From positions 1-50,824 of the forward strand of contig JBNJFV010000001.1 in assembly GCA_051747145.1 (NCBI GenBank): a DNA stretch of 50,824 nucleotides, given 5' to 3'. This document shows positions 38,032 through 46,270 of the stretch, in pieces. The position numbers and the translations under genes were made by a program. The number at the start of each line of letters is the position of its first letter. Positions within the stretch are counted from its first letter, which is position 1. The notes under the pieces are model-generated. The model saw only the letters and a list, made by a program, of their open reading frames with translations. It had not been told where the DNA came from and ran no database searches. This DNA comes from Halobacteriota archaeon (GTDB taxonomy: Archaea > Halobacteriota > Halobacteria > Halobacteriales > Haloferacaceae).

Positions 38032-39102
38032 ATGGTCGATTCGACGACAGCCGAGACGATGCGAAAACGCGCGTCGAAACGTGCGATCTGGCTGTGGCTA
38101 CTCGTAGAAGCCGACAGGCGATCGCTGGCGGCGGGGATGACCCTGCTCGTCTTCGGAGCGGTGACGCTCGTGGGAGCCGCCCGCCCGAACGCGTTTCGAG
38201 CGGTGGTGGAGTCCGATCCGATCGTCGGCGAACTGTTCGTCGGGTTCCTCACCGCGACCATCACCACCGTGGCGCTCGTCGTCAGTCTCGGCCAGCTCGT
38301 CCTCTCGCAGGAACTCGGTGCGGTCGGCGACCAACGACAGCGGATGGACGAGGCGATGGCGTTCCGACGAGCGGTAGAGTCGTATCTCGACCGACCGATC
38401 GGGCCCGCCGATCCGGCGGCGTTCCTCGGGGCGATGTTGTCGATCGTCCGCGATCGGGCGACGACGCTTCGATCGATCAAGGCGAACGAACCGATCGCAG
38501 ACAATCCGATCGATTCGTACACCGACGAACTCATAGCGCGCACGGAGACGATCGAACAGTCCCTCGAATCGGCCTCGTTCGGAACGTTCGCCGTCATCTC
38601 TGCGGCGTTGAACTTCGATTACTCGCGATTCCTCCACGAAGGCAGGCAACTACGAGCCGAGCGGACGGTAACGATCGAGGCGGACGAGGGGTCGGAAGGC
38701 GCGGACGCCGCGCGTGCGAACCCCGACGAAGGGTCAGGAACCGCGAACCCCGACGAGGGGGAAAGCGCGTTCGAGGAGTTGCTCGCCGTCCTGAAACTGT
38801 TCGGCCCCGCCCGGGAGCACTTCAAGACGCTGTATTTCCAGTGGGAGTTGATCGAGCTTTCGCGATCGATCATGTACGCGGCGATCCCGGCGCTGTTGGC
38901 GTGCGTCGTGGTGACCCTGTTCGTCGATCCGGCGCGTGTGATCGGGACGACTCTCGGCGTCGATCGACTTGTGTGGGTCGTCGCCGTCGGGATCGCCGTC
39001 ACGCTAGTGCCGTTTTTCATCCTGCTGTCGCACATGTTCCGGATCGTGACGGTCGCGAAACAAACGCTCGCGATCGGACCGTTCATCCTCCGATCCAGAT
39101 AG
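38032..39102 (+). CDS. Uncharacterised membrane protein (2 N-terminal + 2 C-terminal TM helices, soluble middle domain)
   Basis: 356 aa. The hydrophobic helices are IWLWLLVEA.../LFVGFLTATITTVALVVSLG and IMYAAIPALLACVVVTLF/VWVVAVGIAVTLVPFFILL. No motif recognised. It lies 134 bp downstream of pspA on the same strand. Confidence 0.6.
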   Translation: MVDSTTAETMRKRASKRAIWLWLLVEADRRSLAAGMTLLVFGAVTLVGAARPNAFRAVVESDPIVGELFVGFLTATITTVALVVSLGQLVLSQELGAVGDQRQRMDEAMAFRRAVESYLDRPIGPADPAAFLGAMLSIVRDRATTLRSIKANEPIADNPIDSYTDELIARTETIEQSLESASFGTFAVISAALNFDYSRFLHEGRQLRAERTVTIEADEGSEGADAARANPDEGSGTANPDEGESAFEELLAVLKLFGPAREHFKTLYFQWELIELSRSIMYAAIPALLACVVVTLFVDPARVIGTTLGVDRLVWVVAVGIAVTLVPFFILLSHMFRIVTVAKQTLAIGPFILRSR

Positions 39103-39107
39103 CCGTT

Positions 39108-39256
39108 GTTGGCAATGTGATTGACTTTATTCAGTTTGGAACGCGTGAACTGCTCCGGGGTCAAGCCCCGAGGCACTCTGCCTGCTTTCTCTGTAGAGTA
39201 GCGTTCCAGACAGTGTGTGTCTGCATTCACATATAAATTTGAGTTATATTGCCAAC
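39108..39256. other. 149-bp AT-rich element bounded by inverted repeats (MITE-like or structured RNA)
   Basis: The outer inverted repeat is GTTGGCAAT (39108-39116) / ATTGCCAAC (39248-39256), extendable to about 13/18. A nested inverted repeat is TGGAACGC (39137-39144) / GCGTTCCA (39201-39208). Internal hairpins are CGGGG-TCAAG-CCCCG and CAGACA-GTGTG-TGTCTG. Confidence 0.4.
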
Positions 39257-39354
39257 TACTGATAGGGCCGATCGACAGTGGGCGGCCGTTCTCCGGTCAG
39301 CTGGAATCGACGCCCCTCCGAGACAGTATCGATCAATCGACCCACGCGCCGCGA

Positions 39355-40395
39355 TCAACGGGGGACGGCACCGGTACCTGGACGATCGATCGCTTCCAGC
39401 GCGATCCGTCCCTCCGGCATCGGCACGCCGTCGTACTCGTCATCCGCTAAGAGCAACGCGCCGTCGAGGTCGGCATAATCCAAAAGCGGGGCGAGGTGAC
39501 ACGCAGCGGCGATCGCGGCGTTCGATTCGATCATGCAGCCGAGCATGACTTCCAACCCGTGTGCGCGGGCCGCGTGGATCATCCGTTGGGCCTCGTAGAG
39601 GCCGCCGCACTTCATCAGTTTCAGGTTCGCGATGTCTGCCCGATCTGCGATCCGGGGGATATCCGCGAGCCGTACGCACGATTCGTCGGCGGCGATCGGC
39701 AGCGCGGAGCGCTCGTAGGCGAATCGAAGCCCCGCTGGATCGGCTGCGGGCACCGGCTGCTCTATGAACTCGACATCGTACTCCGCAAGGACGTGGCTCA
39801 TCTCGATCGTCTCGCGGGGCGTCCACGCCTCGTTTGCGTCGACGCGGAGCGTAGCCTCGGGTGCGGCCTCGCGAACGGCCGCGACGAGTTCCTCGTCGCG
39901 ATCGGTGCCGAGTTTGAGCTTCAACACGTCGTAGCCGGCGGCCACGGCGTCTTCGGTCTTCTTTCTGACGACTGCGGTCTCGTCGAGTCCGATGGTGAAC
40001 GACGTGGTCGGCGTCCGCGAGGCGTCGAGTCCCCACAGCCGATACAGCGGCACACCAAGTCGTTTCGCCGCCAAGTCGTGGGCCGCGATCGAGATCGCAC
40101 ACCGTGCCGCCGGGTTGTCGGTGACGATCTCGCCGAGTCGGCGTTCGATCCGTTCGAGGGCGTGGGGATCGTCGATCTCCTCGACGGCCGACAGCATCTC
40201 TGGCAAGACGGCCTCGACGGTGGCTGCGGTTTCCCCGTAGTGTGCGGAGGGGGCGGCCGCGCCGACGCCCGTCATCCCGCCTTCGTCGGTGAGGCGAACG
40301 ACCACGTTCTCCGCGTGCGTCTGGGTGCCGCGAGCGATCGTAAACGGGTTCGAAAGCGGCAAGGAGACCCGCTCGAACGCACTCGAAAGCGTCAT
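39355..40395 (-). CDS. Enolase-superfamily dipeptide epimerase / N-acetyl-D-Glu racemase (DgcA-like)
   Basis: 346 aa. KLKLG, VDANEAW, IEQP, ADES and KLMKCGG are the MR/MLE-subgroup metal and base motifs. Confidence 0.75.
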   Translation of the reverse strand: MTLSSAFERVSLPLSNPFTIARGTQTHAENVVVRLTDEGGMTGVGAAAPSAHYGETAATVEAVLPEMLSAVEEIDDPHALERIERRLGEIVTDNPAARCAISIAAHDLAAKRLGVPLYRLWGLDASRTPTTSFTIGLDETAVVRKKTEDAVAAGYDVLKLKLGTDRDEELVAAVREAAPEATLRVDANEAWTPRETIEMSHVLAEYDVEFIEQPVPAADPAGLRFAYERSALPIAADESCVRLADIPRIADRADIANLKLMKCGGLYEAQRMIHAARAHGLEVMLGCMIESNAAIAAACHLAPLLDYADLDGALLLADDEYDGVPMPEGRIALEAIDRPGTGAVPR

Positions 40396-41432
40396 ACGTC
40401 GATCGCCTCCACGATCTCCGTCGCGTCAAATCGGACCGGGTCCGTCGCCGGCACGCAGAGGTCCGAGGCGAACTCGTCGATCGCCTCGCGTGCGGGTCCG
40501 CCCCGGAGCGATCGCGTGTTGAGCGCCCCCGCGACGACCTCGGTTTCGAACACCGGTGCTGCGAGTGACTCGTAGAGGTCGACGTACGTCGAAAGCCGAG
40601 GAAGGCCAACGTGTTCGTATCCGTGGATCGCCTCCCGACCGGCGGCGTGACAGAGGACGAGTGCGTCTGCCATCGACCCGTGGAGGATGCCACAGGTGAC
40701 AGCCGAGTAGGCGGGGTGAATGATCGTTCCCTGCCCCTCGACGACGAGCAGGTCGTGGTCGTCGCCGACCTGGAGGATCATCTCCTCGACCGAACCAGCC
40801 GTAAAGTCCGAGACGACGCGATCGACCGGGGTGCCCCACCCCTCGATCATGATCCCGGTCTGTCCGGTCGGGACGAACGCCGCGTCGATCCCCGCGTCCG
40901 TTGCGGCCTCGACCATCTCGTAGGCGACGGTCATCTTCCCCACCGAACAGTCGGTCCCGACGGTGAGCGCGACCGTGGCGTCGACCTGATCGGCGATTCC
41001 CTCGCTCACGGTGAGGTCCTCGCGCGGTTTGCGGACGTCGACGAGGTCGACGCCGTACTCGGCGGCGAGGTCGGCGAACTCCTCGTCGTCGTTGAGAAAG
41101 TAGTGAAGCCCCGCCACGACGTCGCAGCCGGCTTCGATCGCCGAGCGAACGTCCTCGCGCCAGCTCTCGTCGAACCCGCCGCCGATCGGGGCGATGCCGA
41201 TTAACAGCGTGTCCACCTCGCCGTCGATCGCCTCGAAGGAGTCGACGATCGGCGCGTCCCGGACGTCCGAGACGTGATCTGTCACTCGATCGCCAGCGGT
41301 GGCCCGATCGAGGACGGCGACGATCTCGTCGGATCCGTACCGCATCACGCCGACGGCCGTCTTCGCTCGATCGGGGAACTTCTCGTGTGCCAGAACCGCC
41401 GTACGGCGCGTTGGAGTGTTCGAATCGATCAT
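40392..41432 (-). CDS. DUF1611-family protein (DgcN-like N-acetyltransferase)
   Basis: 346 aa from ATG 41432. It has a P-loop-like GTDCSVGKMT and a PTGQTG motif. Its stop overlaps the epimerase start (ATGA at 40392-40395), implying an operon. Confidence 0.7.
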   Translation of the reverse strand: MIDSNTPTRRTAVLAHEKFPDRAKTAVGVMRYGSDEIVAVLDRATAGDRVTDHVSDVRDAPIVDSFEAIDGEVDTLLIGIAPIGGGFDESWREDVRSAIEAGCDVVAGLHYFLNDDEEFADLAAEYGVDLVDVRKPREDLTVSEGIADQVDATVALTVGTDCSVGKMTVAYEMVEAATDAGIDAAFVPTGQTGIMIEGWGTPVDRVVSDFTAGSVEEMILQVGDDHDLLVVEGQGTIIHPAYSAVTCGILHGSMADALVLCHAAGREAIHGYEHVGLPRLSTYVDLYESLAAPVFETEVVAGALNTRSLRGGPAREAIDEFASDLCVPATDPVRFDATEIVEAIDV

Positions 41433-41487
41433 GAGAGGATCGATGGGGCACGGGTGCATAAATCGGCGGGTCCTCGAATCGACGGGG

Positions 41488-41552
41488 TCACGCACACCAA
41501 CTGCGAGTTCCGAACGGACCGAGATCACGCACACCAACTGCGAGTTCCGAAC
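41488..41552. repeat. Perfect 28-bp direct repeat x2 separated by 9 bp, in a divergent promoter region
   Basis: TCACGCACACCAACTGCGAGTTCCGAAC occurs at 41488-41515 and 41525-41552. It lies between the minus-strand start at 41432 and the plus-strand start at 41610. Confidence 0.97.
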
Positions 41553-41609
41553 CGACTTCGTCGGCTATCACCCCCCTTGTTTTAGTCCGCTGCCGGGGAA
41601 CAATCGCGT

Positions 41610-42038
41610 ATGTCCCGACGTATCCTCGTCCCGATCGACGGCTCGCGGCAGTCGAAAGCGGCCGCCGAATACGCCACGGAGCTGTACCCGGACGCGACGA
41701 TCGTGTTGCTCTCGGTCGTCGATCAGACCGAAACCGTGCTGCGCCCCGACGCGAACGCGGCGTCCACGGCCACCCCCGCCAAGAGTCAGCAGGGTCGAGC
41801 AGAGACGTTGTTCGAGGAGGTCAAAGGTCGGATCGGGCCCGATCGAACGATCGAGACGGCGGTCGTTTCGGGGAGACCGACGCGGGAAATCGTCGCGTAC
41901 GCAGCCGAGGCGGCCAACGACGTCGACGCGATCGTGATGGGAAGCCACGGGCGCGACGGCGCGGCGCGACTACTCCTCGGAAGCGTCGCCGAAACGGTCG
42001 TTCGTCGATCGCCGGTCCCGGTGACGGTGGCCCGATAA
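41610..42038 (+). CDS. Universal stress protein
   Basis: RILVPIDGS...IVMGSHGRDGAARLLLGSVAETVVRRSPVPV is the canonical Usp ATP-binding motif. Confidence 0.8.
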   Translation: MSRRILVPIDGSRQSKAAAEYATELYPDATIVLLSVVDQTETVLRPDANAASTATPAKSQQGRAETLFEEVKGRIGPDRTIETAVVSGRPTREIVAYAAEAANDVDAIVMGSHGRDGAARLLLGSVAETVVRRSPVPVTVAR

Positions 42039-42040
42039 CG

Positions 42041-42514
42041 ATGCCCGTCGCGAACCCATCGATCGAGCGGGTACTGGTTTTGGAGGACGGGGAGCCGGGG
42101 ACGGGGCCCGTCTCACAGCAGGCTGCGATTCTTGCCGCGGGCGTGAATGCGACGCTACACCTGCTGGCAGTCGTCGATCCGGGTGCGGTGAAACAGTATT
42201 TCGGACCGGGAACGATCGGCGATATCGACGACGCGGAACGCCGGCTCATCGAGGAGGCCAACGATCTCGCGGCGGTCACCGGGGTCGACATCGAGGCGAC
42301 CGTCCTTCGCGGGACGCCAAGCGAGGTGGTGCCGACGTATCTCGCTGCCGAATCGATCGACCTGTTCGCGGTGGACCGGGCCGCCTTCGAGGATCGATCG
42401 CTCCTCGGACGGTGGCGGCTGGCCGATCGACTCGAGGAGATCGACGACGGCGTCTCCGTACTGTTGGTCGGGACGGGATCGACGACGACCGACACAGAGC
42501 CATCGAACGACTGA
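42041..42514 (+). CDS. Universal stress protein-like, divergent
   Basis: 157 aa, starting 2 bp after the preceding stop. It has a Usp-like layout (RVLVLEDG...LHLLAVVD...VSVLLV), but the Gly-rich ATP motif is degenerate. Confidence 0.55.
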   Translation: MPVANPSIERVLVLEDGEPGTGPVSQQAAILAAGVNATLHLLAVVDPGAVKQYFGPGTIGDIDDAERRLIEEANDLAAVTGVDIEATVLRGTPSEVVPTYLAAESIDLFAVDRAAFEDRSLLGRWRLADRLEEIDDGVSVLLVGTGSTTTDTEPSND

Positions 42515-42531
42515 CTCGTCGGCCAGGGTCG

Positions 42532-43434
42532 CTACAACAAGAACGCGTCCGTGGTCCAAAAGTCCGCGAAGGCGTGATCGAGTGCGGACGTGGGATCCCC
42601 GCGCGCGTCCACCGCGTCGGTGACGTCGGCGTACGCCTCGAGTTCGTCGAGCACCATCCGCTCGCCAACGAGGATCGTCCGATCGACGCCCTCAACCGCT
42701 TCCAACGCGGTCTCGACGCGATCGAGGTGGTCGGCGATCTGTTCGTCCCGAATCCGTTCGAAACGCCCCTGGGAGAAGCCGCCCTTCGAATGGTCGGATT
42801 TGACGTCGCTTTCGAATCCCGAAACCGACACCCGTTCGAATCCATCGTAGATGCCGAGCCCGAAGACGTCGGATCGGACGATCCCGAACGCGAAGCGGCC
42901 GGTCGGCAGGAACCACTCCTCGTCGACCCGAAACGAGTCGGCCCACTCGTCGATCGAATCGGGGATCGTCGGTGGTCTGAGGACTGCCGCGACGACGCCC
43001 AGATCGTCGGCGTAGGCGATACCGGGGGCGGCGCGTCGGACGAGCGAGGCGTGTGAGTCGAACGCCGACTCGACCGACTCGGGCAGCGCGCTGGCGTCGT
43101 CGATCGTCGCGGTCAACGCCCCCTCCGGCCCCGTCTCGATCGACGCGAGCCGCGAGAGAAACTCCGAGAGGCGATCGCCGCGGAGCGACTCGCGGCGACG
43201 GAAGCTACGCTCGTCGGTCTCCGACTCCGCATCGAGCCGCTCGACCCGGTCTGTCAACTCGGCGATTCGGTCCTCCAGGCGGTTGACCCGCTCTTCGGCG
43301 TCCTGTTTGGCGCTGACCGCGTCCGCGCGGCGTTGCTCCTCGGCGTCGACGCGACGCTGGAGGTGATGGTTCTTCTCTGCCAACTCCTCAATCCGCGCTT
43401 TCAGTGTCGCACGGCCGAGCAGTTCGTCGAGCAT
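42532..43434 (-). CDS. Vms1/Ankzf1-like (VLRF1-domain) peptidyl-tRNA hydrolase homolog with N-terminal coiled coil
   Basis: 300 aa. After an N-terminal coiled coil of about 80 aa comes a release-factor-like domain with SKGGFSQGRFERIR. This matches the GGxSQxRFxR-type loop recalled for VLRF1. Confidence 0.6.
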   Translation of the reverse strand: MLDELLGRATLKARIEELAEKNHHLQRRVDAEEQRRADAVSAKQDAEERVNRLEDRIAELTDRVERLDAESETDERSFRRRESLRGDRLSEFLSRLASIETGPEGALTATIDDASALPESVESAFDSHASLVRRAAPGIAYADDLGVVAAVLRPPTIPDSIDEWADSFRVDEEWFLPTGRFAFGIVRSDVFGLGIYDGFERVSVSGFESDVKSDHSKGGFSQGRFERIRDEQIADHLDRVETALEAVEGVDRTILVGERMVLDELEAYADVTDAVDARGDPTSALDHAFADFWTTDAFLL

Positions 43435-43524
43435 ACCGCAACGGGGATGGCGATCGACTTGAAGTGTGGGGTTGGTGCCAGCCGCCGACGCGAACGATCG
43501 GCGCTGGTCGGTGTCGAACGCCGG

Positions 43525-43869
43525 TCACGTGCCTCGGGACGATCGCCACCCCGAATACCGGAGTAACTCCATCGCTCTGGACCCCTCCGCGAGGAGCACC
43601 TCCCGGCGGGTGGGAAGCCGATCGATCGTCCACGAGTCGGGGACCGCAAGCGTCCCCGAGGGGACCGAATCGTCGCCGTGAACGGGAAAGTGTGTGGCGT
43701 CGAGCTTCATGACGAGCGGCGCGTCGAGCCGCTCTACGCCTTCGCCGATCGCATAGAGCTGTTCGTTCATCCGTTCGTGGTCCGCACTGTGGATCGCCGC
43801 GCGATCCTCCTCGTGCGGTTCGACGTACAGTTCCCCGAGGTAGTAGCCGCTTGAGAAGCGTTCGAACAT
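43525..43869 (-). CDS. Hypothetical protein (conserved-looking in haloarchaea)
   Basis: 114 aa, MFERFSSGYYLGELYVEPHEED..., acidic. No catalytic motif recognised. Confidence 0.55.
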   Translation of the reverse strand: MFERFSSGYYLGELYVEPHEEDRAAIHSADHERMNEQLYAIGEGVERLDAPLVMKLDATHFPVHGDDSVPSGTLAVPDSWTIDRLPTRREVLLAEGSRAMELLRYSGWRSSRGT

Positions 43870-44009
43870 CGGTGCATGCCACCGTATACCACGATCGGGT
43901 ATAAGCGTTGTCGGAAACCCTTATACTGGACCGCAATCAGCGCCGAGTCGGCGTCGATCGTCCCGATTCGACGCGTCGCGGTTTCCACCCAGCCGTGTGC
44001 GGTGAGATG

Positions 44010-44103
44010 CTACTCGTCGGGTGCGGGACGACTGGCTACTCGTCGGGTGCGGGACGACTGGCCACTCGTCGGGTGCGGGACGACTGGCCACTCGCCGGGT
44101 GTG
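44010..44103. repeat. 26-bp tandem repeat, about 3.6 copies, intergenic
   Basis: CTACTCGTCGGGTGCGGGACGACTGG occurs at 44010 and 44036 (identical). The copy at 44062 has 1 substitution, and a diverged partial copy starts at 44088. The array lies between the PPIase stop (44115) and the start of CDS 43525..43869. Confidence 0.95.
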
Positions 44104-44114
44104 GAGTTGACAGG

Positions 44115-44633
44115 CTACTCCCAGGTGACGTCGATCGACTCGATGACGACGTCCTCGCGCGGTTTGTCGTTCCGATCGGTCGGGACCGAGCCGATCTCCT
44201 CGACGACGTCCATTCCATCGGTCACCTCACCGAAGACCGAGTGACGACCGTCGAGGTGCGGGGTGGCGTCGAGGGTGATGAAAAACTGCGACCCGTTGGT
44301 GTTCGGACCGGCGTTCGCCATCGAGAGCGTCCCTGCGGCGTCGTGCGTGAGGTCGTCGTGGAACTCGTCGTCGAACTGGTAGCCCGGGCCGCCGCGGCCG
44401 GTCCCGGTCGGATCGCCGCCCTGGATCATGAACCCCTCGATGACGCGATGGAAGATGACGTTCTCGTAGAGCGGTTCGCCGCTGACGGTATCGCCCGTTT
44501 CGGGGTCCTCCCACTCCTTCGAGCCGGTCGCGAGGCCGACGAAGTTGTCGACGGTCCGGGGGGCTCGCTCCTCGAAGAGTTCGACGGTGATGTCGCCGTG
44601 GTTCGTGTGAATGATCGCGGTCGGATTGCTCAT
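44115..44633 (-). CDS. Cyclophilin-type peptidyl-prolyl cis-trans isomerase
   Basis: 172 aa from ATG 44633. [15 protein letters not shown] and [17 protein letters not shown] are cyclophilin signatures. Confidence 0.9.
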   Translation of the reverse strand: MSNPTAIIHTNHGDITVELFEERAPRTVDNFVGLATGSKEWEDPETGDTVSGEPLYENVIFHRVIEGFMIQGGDPTGTGRGGPGYQFDDEFHDDLTHDAAGTLSMANAGPNTNGSQFFITLDATPHLDGRHSVFGEVTDGMDVVEEIGSVPTDRNDKPREDVVIESIDVTWE

Positions 44634-44707
44634 ACGATCCGGTCGGGGCCGAGCGTGAAAACCCTGCTGGGATCGACACGCGCGAGTCCGAACTCGATCG
44701 AGCATCG

Positions 44708-44735
44708 ACGAGTCGACCGTCAACGAGTCGACCGT
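44708..44735. repeat. 13-bp direct repeat x2 (period 15)
   Basis: ACGAGTCGACCGT occurs at 44708-44720 and 44723-44735, in the divergent intergenic region. Confidence 0.85.
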
Positions 44736-44763
44736 AGACCATCTACCTCGCAGGGTGATCCCG

Positions 44764-44816
44764 ACGAGCCGTCGAACGGCCGGACGAACCGAACGAGCCG
44801 TCGAACGGCCGGACGA
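44764..44816. repeat. 24-bp perfect direct repeat x2 (period 29)
   Basis: ACGAGCCGTCGAACGGCCGGACGA occurs at 44764-44787 and 44793-44816, 42 bp upstream of ATG 44858. Confidence 0.95.
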
Positions 44817-44857
44817 TCCGTACACTCTTACCGCTGGCTTCCGTCACGGTACGACGG

Positions 44858-46156
44858 ATGTTACTGCAGGGAACGGTGATCGTCGACGCGAGGACGGTGA
44901 TCGAAGACGGCGCGGTCGTCGTCACCGACGATCGGATCGAGGCGGTCGGTGACCGCGACGAACTCACCGATCGGTACCCCGATCGGCGTCGGAGACGGTA
45001 CGACGTCATCGCACCGGGGCTAGTCGGTGCGCACGTGCACTCCGTACAGTCGGTGGGTCGCGGAATCGCAGACGACGCCGCGCTCTTGGAGTGGTTGTTC
45101 GAACACGTCCTCCCGATGGAAGCGTCACTGGATGCAGCGGAGATGCGGGTCGCCGCCGAGTTAGGATACCTCGAACTCGTCGAATCGGGGACGACCACCG
45201 TCGTCGATCACCTCTCGGTCCACCACGCCGCCGAAGCCTTCGAGGCGGCGATCGACGCGGGGATCCGCGGGCGGCTGGGGAAGGTGATGATGGACAAAGA
45301 CTCCCCGGACGGACTGGAAGAATCCACCGAAACGGCGCTTTCGGACTCCGAGCGGCTCATCGACGAGTATCACGGCGCGGGCGAGGGTCGGATACGCTAC
45401 GCGCTCACCCCGCGGTTTGCGGTGAGCTGTACGGAGGCGTGCCTGCGCGGCGCACGCGAGGTGGCCGATCGGTACGACGGCGTCACGATTCACACCCACG
45501 CAAGCGAAAACGAGGCCGAGATCGAACGCGTCGAACGCGAGACCGGAATGCGAAACGTCGAGTGGCTCCACGAGGTTGGGTTGACCGGCGAGGACGTCAC
45601 GCTCGCCCACTGCGTGCACACCGACGAGACCGAACGGGAACTGCTCGCAGAAACCGGAACGAACGTCACCTACTGTCCCTCCTCGAATATGAAACTCGCA
45701 TCAGGTATCGCCCCGATCGCCGACTACCTCGATCGTGGGATCAACGTCGCGCTCGGAAACGACGGGCCGCCGTGCAACAACACGCTCGATCCGTTCACCG
45801 AGATGCGACAGGCGAGCCTGCTGCAGAAAGTCGCCACCGGCGATCCAACGACGACCCCCGCGGCGACGATTTTCGAGATGGCGACAGTAAACGGGGCTCA
45901 GGCTGCCGGATTCGATCGAGTGGGCGCTCTCAAGGCCGGGTGGAAAGCAGACGTAATCGGCCTCCGGACCGATCTCCCGCGGGCGACCCCGATACACGAC
46001 CCGCTTTCGCACCTCGTCTTTTCGGCACACGGCGACGACGTCCAGTTTACGATGATCGACGGAACGGTCCGCTACGAGGCGGGCGACCACACCGGGATGG
46101 ACGCAGAGCGCATCCGCACGGAGGCTAGATCGATCGCGGCGAACCTCGATTGCTGA
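44858..46156 (+). CDS. Amidohydrolase-superfamily deaminase (MTA/SAH or nucleobase deaminase-like)
   Basis: 432 aa. The metal ligands are HVHSVQS (HxH), HTHASE, HCVH and GNDG. The exact substrate is not inferable from sequence alone. Confidence 0.75.
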   Translation: MLLQGTVIVDARTVIEDGAVVVTDDRIEAVGDRDELTDRYPDRRRRRYDVIAPGLVGAHVHSVQSVGRGIADDAALLEWLFEHVLPMEASLDAAEMRVAAELGYLELVESGTTTVVDHLSVHHAAEAFEAAIDAGIRGRLGKVMMDKDSPDGLEESTETALSDSERLIDEYHGAGEGRIRYALTPRFAVSCTEACLRGAREVADRYDGVTIHTHASENEAEIERVERETGMRNVEWLHEVGLTGEDVTLAHCVHTDETERELLAETGTNVTYCPSSNMKLASGIAPIADYLDRGINVALGNDGPPCNNTLDPFTEMRQASLLQKVATGDPTTTPAATIFEMATVNGAQAAGFDRVGALKAGWKADVIGLRTDLPRATPIHDPLSHLVFSAHGDDVQFTMIDGTVRYEAGDHTGMDAERIRTEARSIAANLDC

Positions 46157-46212
46157 GTGTCGATCGAAACCCCGAAACGGAGGAGTGACGACGCCGTTGA
46201 GTCAGTTGACAG

Positions 46213-46236
46213 CCGTTTTTGGCCGACCAAAATCGG
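46213..46236 (+). terminator. Possible terminator (T5 tract within an imperfect hairpin)
   Basis: CCGTTTTTGG-CCGA-CCAAAATCGG lies about 60 nt after the deaminase stop. Archaeal terminators are oligo-T tracts. This call is weak. Confidence 0.25.
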
Positions 46237-46249
46237 AAGAACTATTAGT

Positions 46250-46265
46250 TTTAGGTGGACCTAAA
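46250..46265. promoter_or_regulatory. Palindromic operator candidate TTTAGGT-GG-ACCTAAA
   Basis: A perfect palindrome with 7-bp arms ends 5 bp before ATG 46271 of the ABC substrate-binding gene. It has the same half-site as the palindrome at 47537. Confidence 0.45.
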
Positions 46266-46270
46266 CAGGT

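Noticed and set aside
41488-41552. Direct and tandem repeats (41488, 15127, 44010, 9158) considered as CRISPR arrays.
   Set aside because: The units are contiguous or separated by only 9 bp. There are no unique 30-40 bp spacers and at most 4 copies. No cas genes are present in the window.
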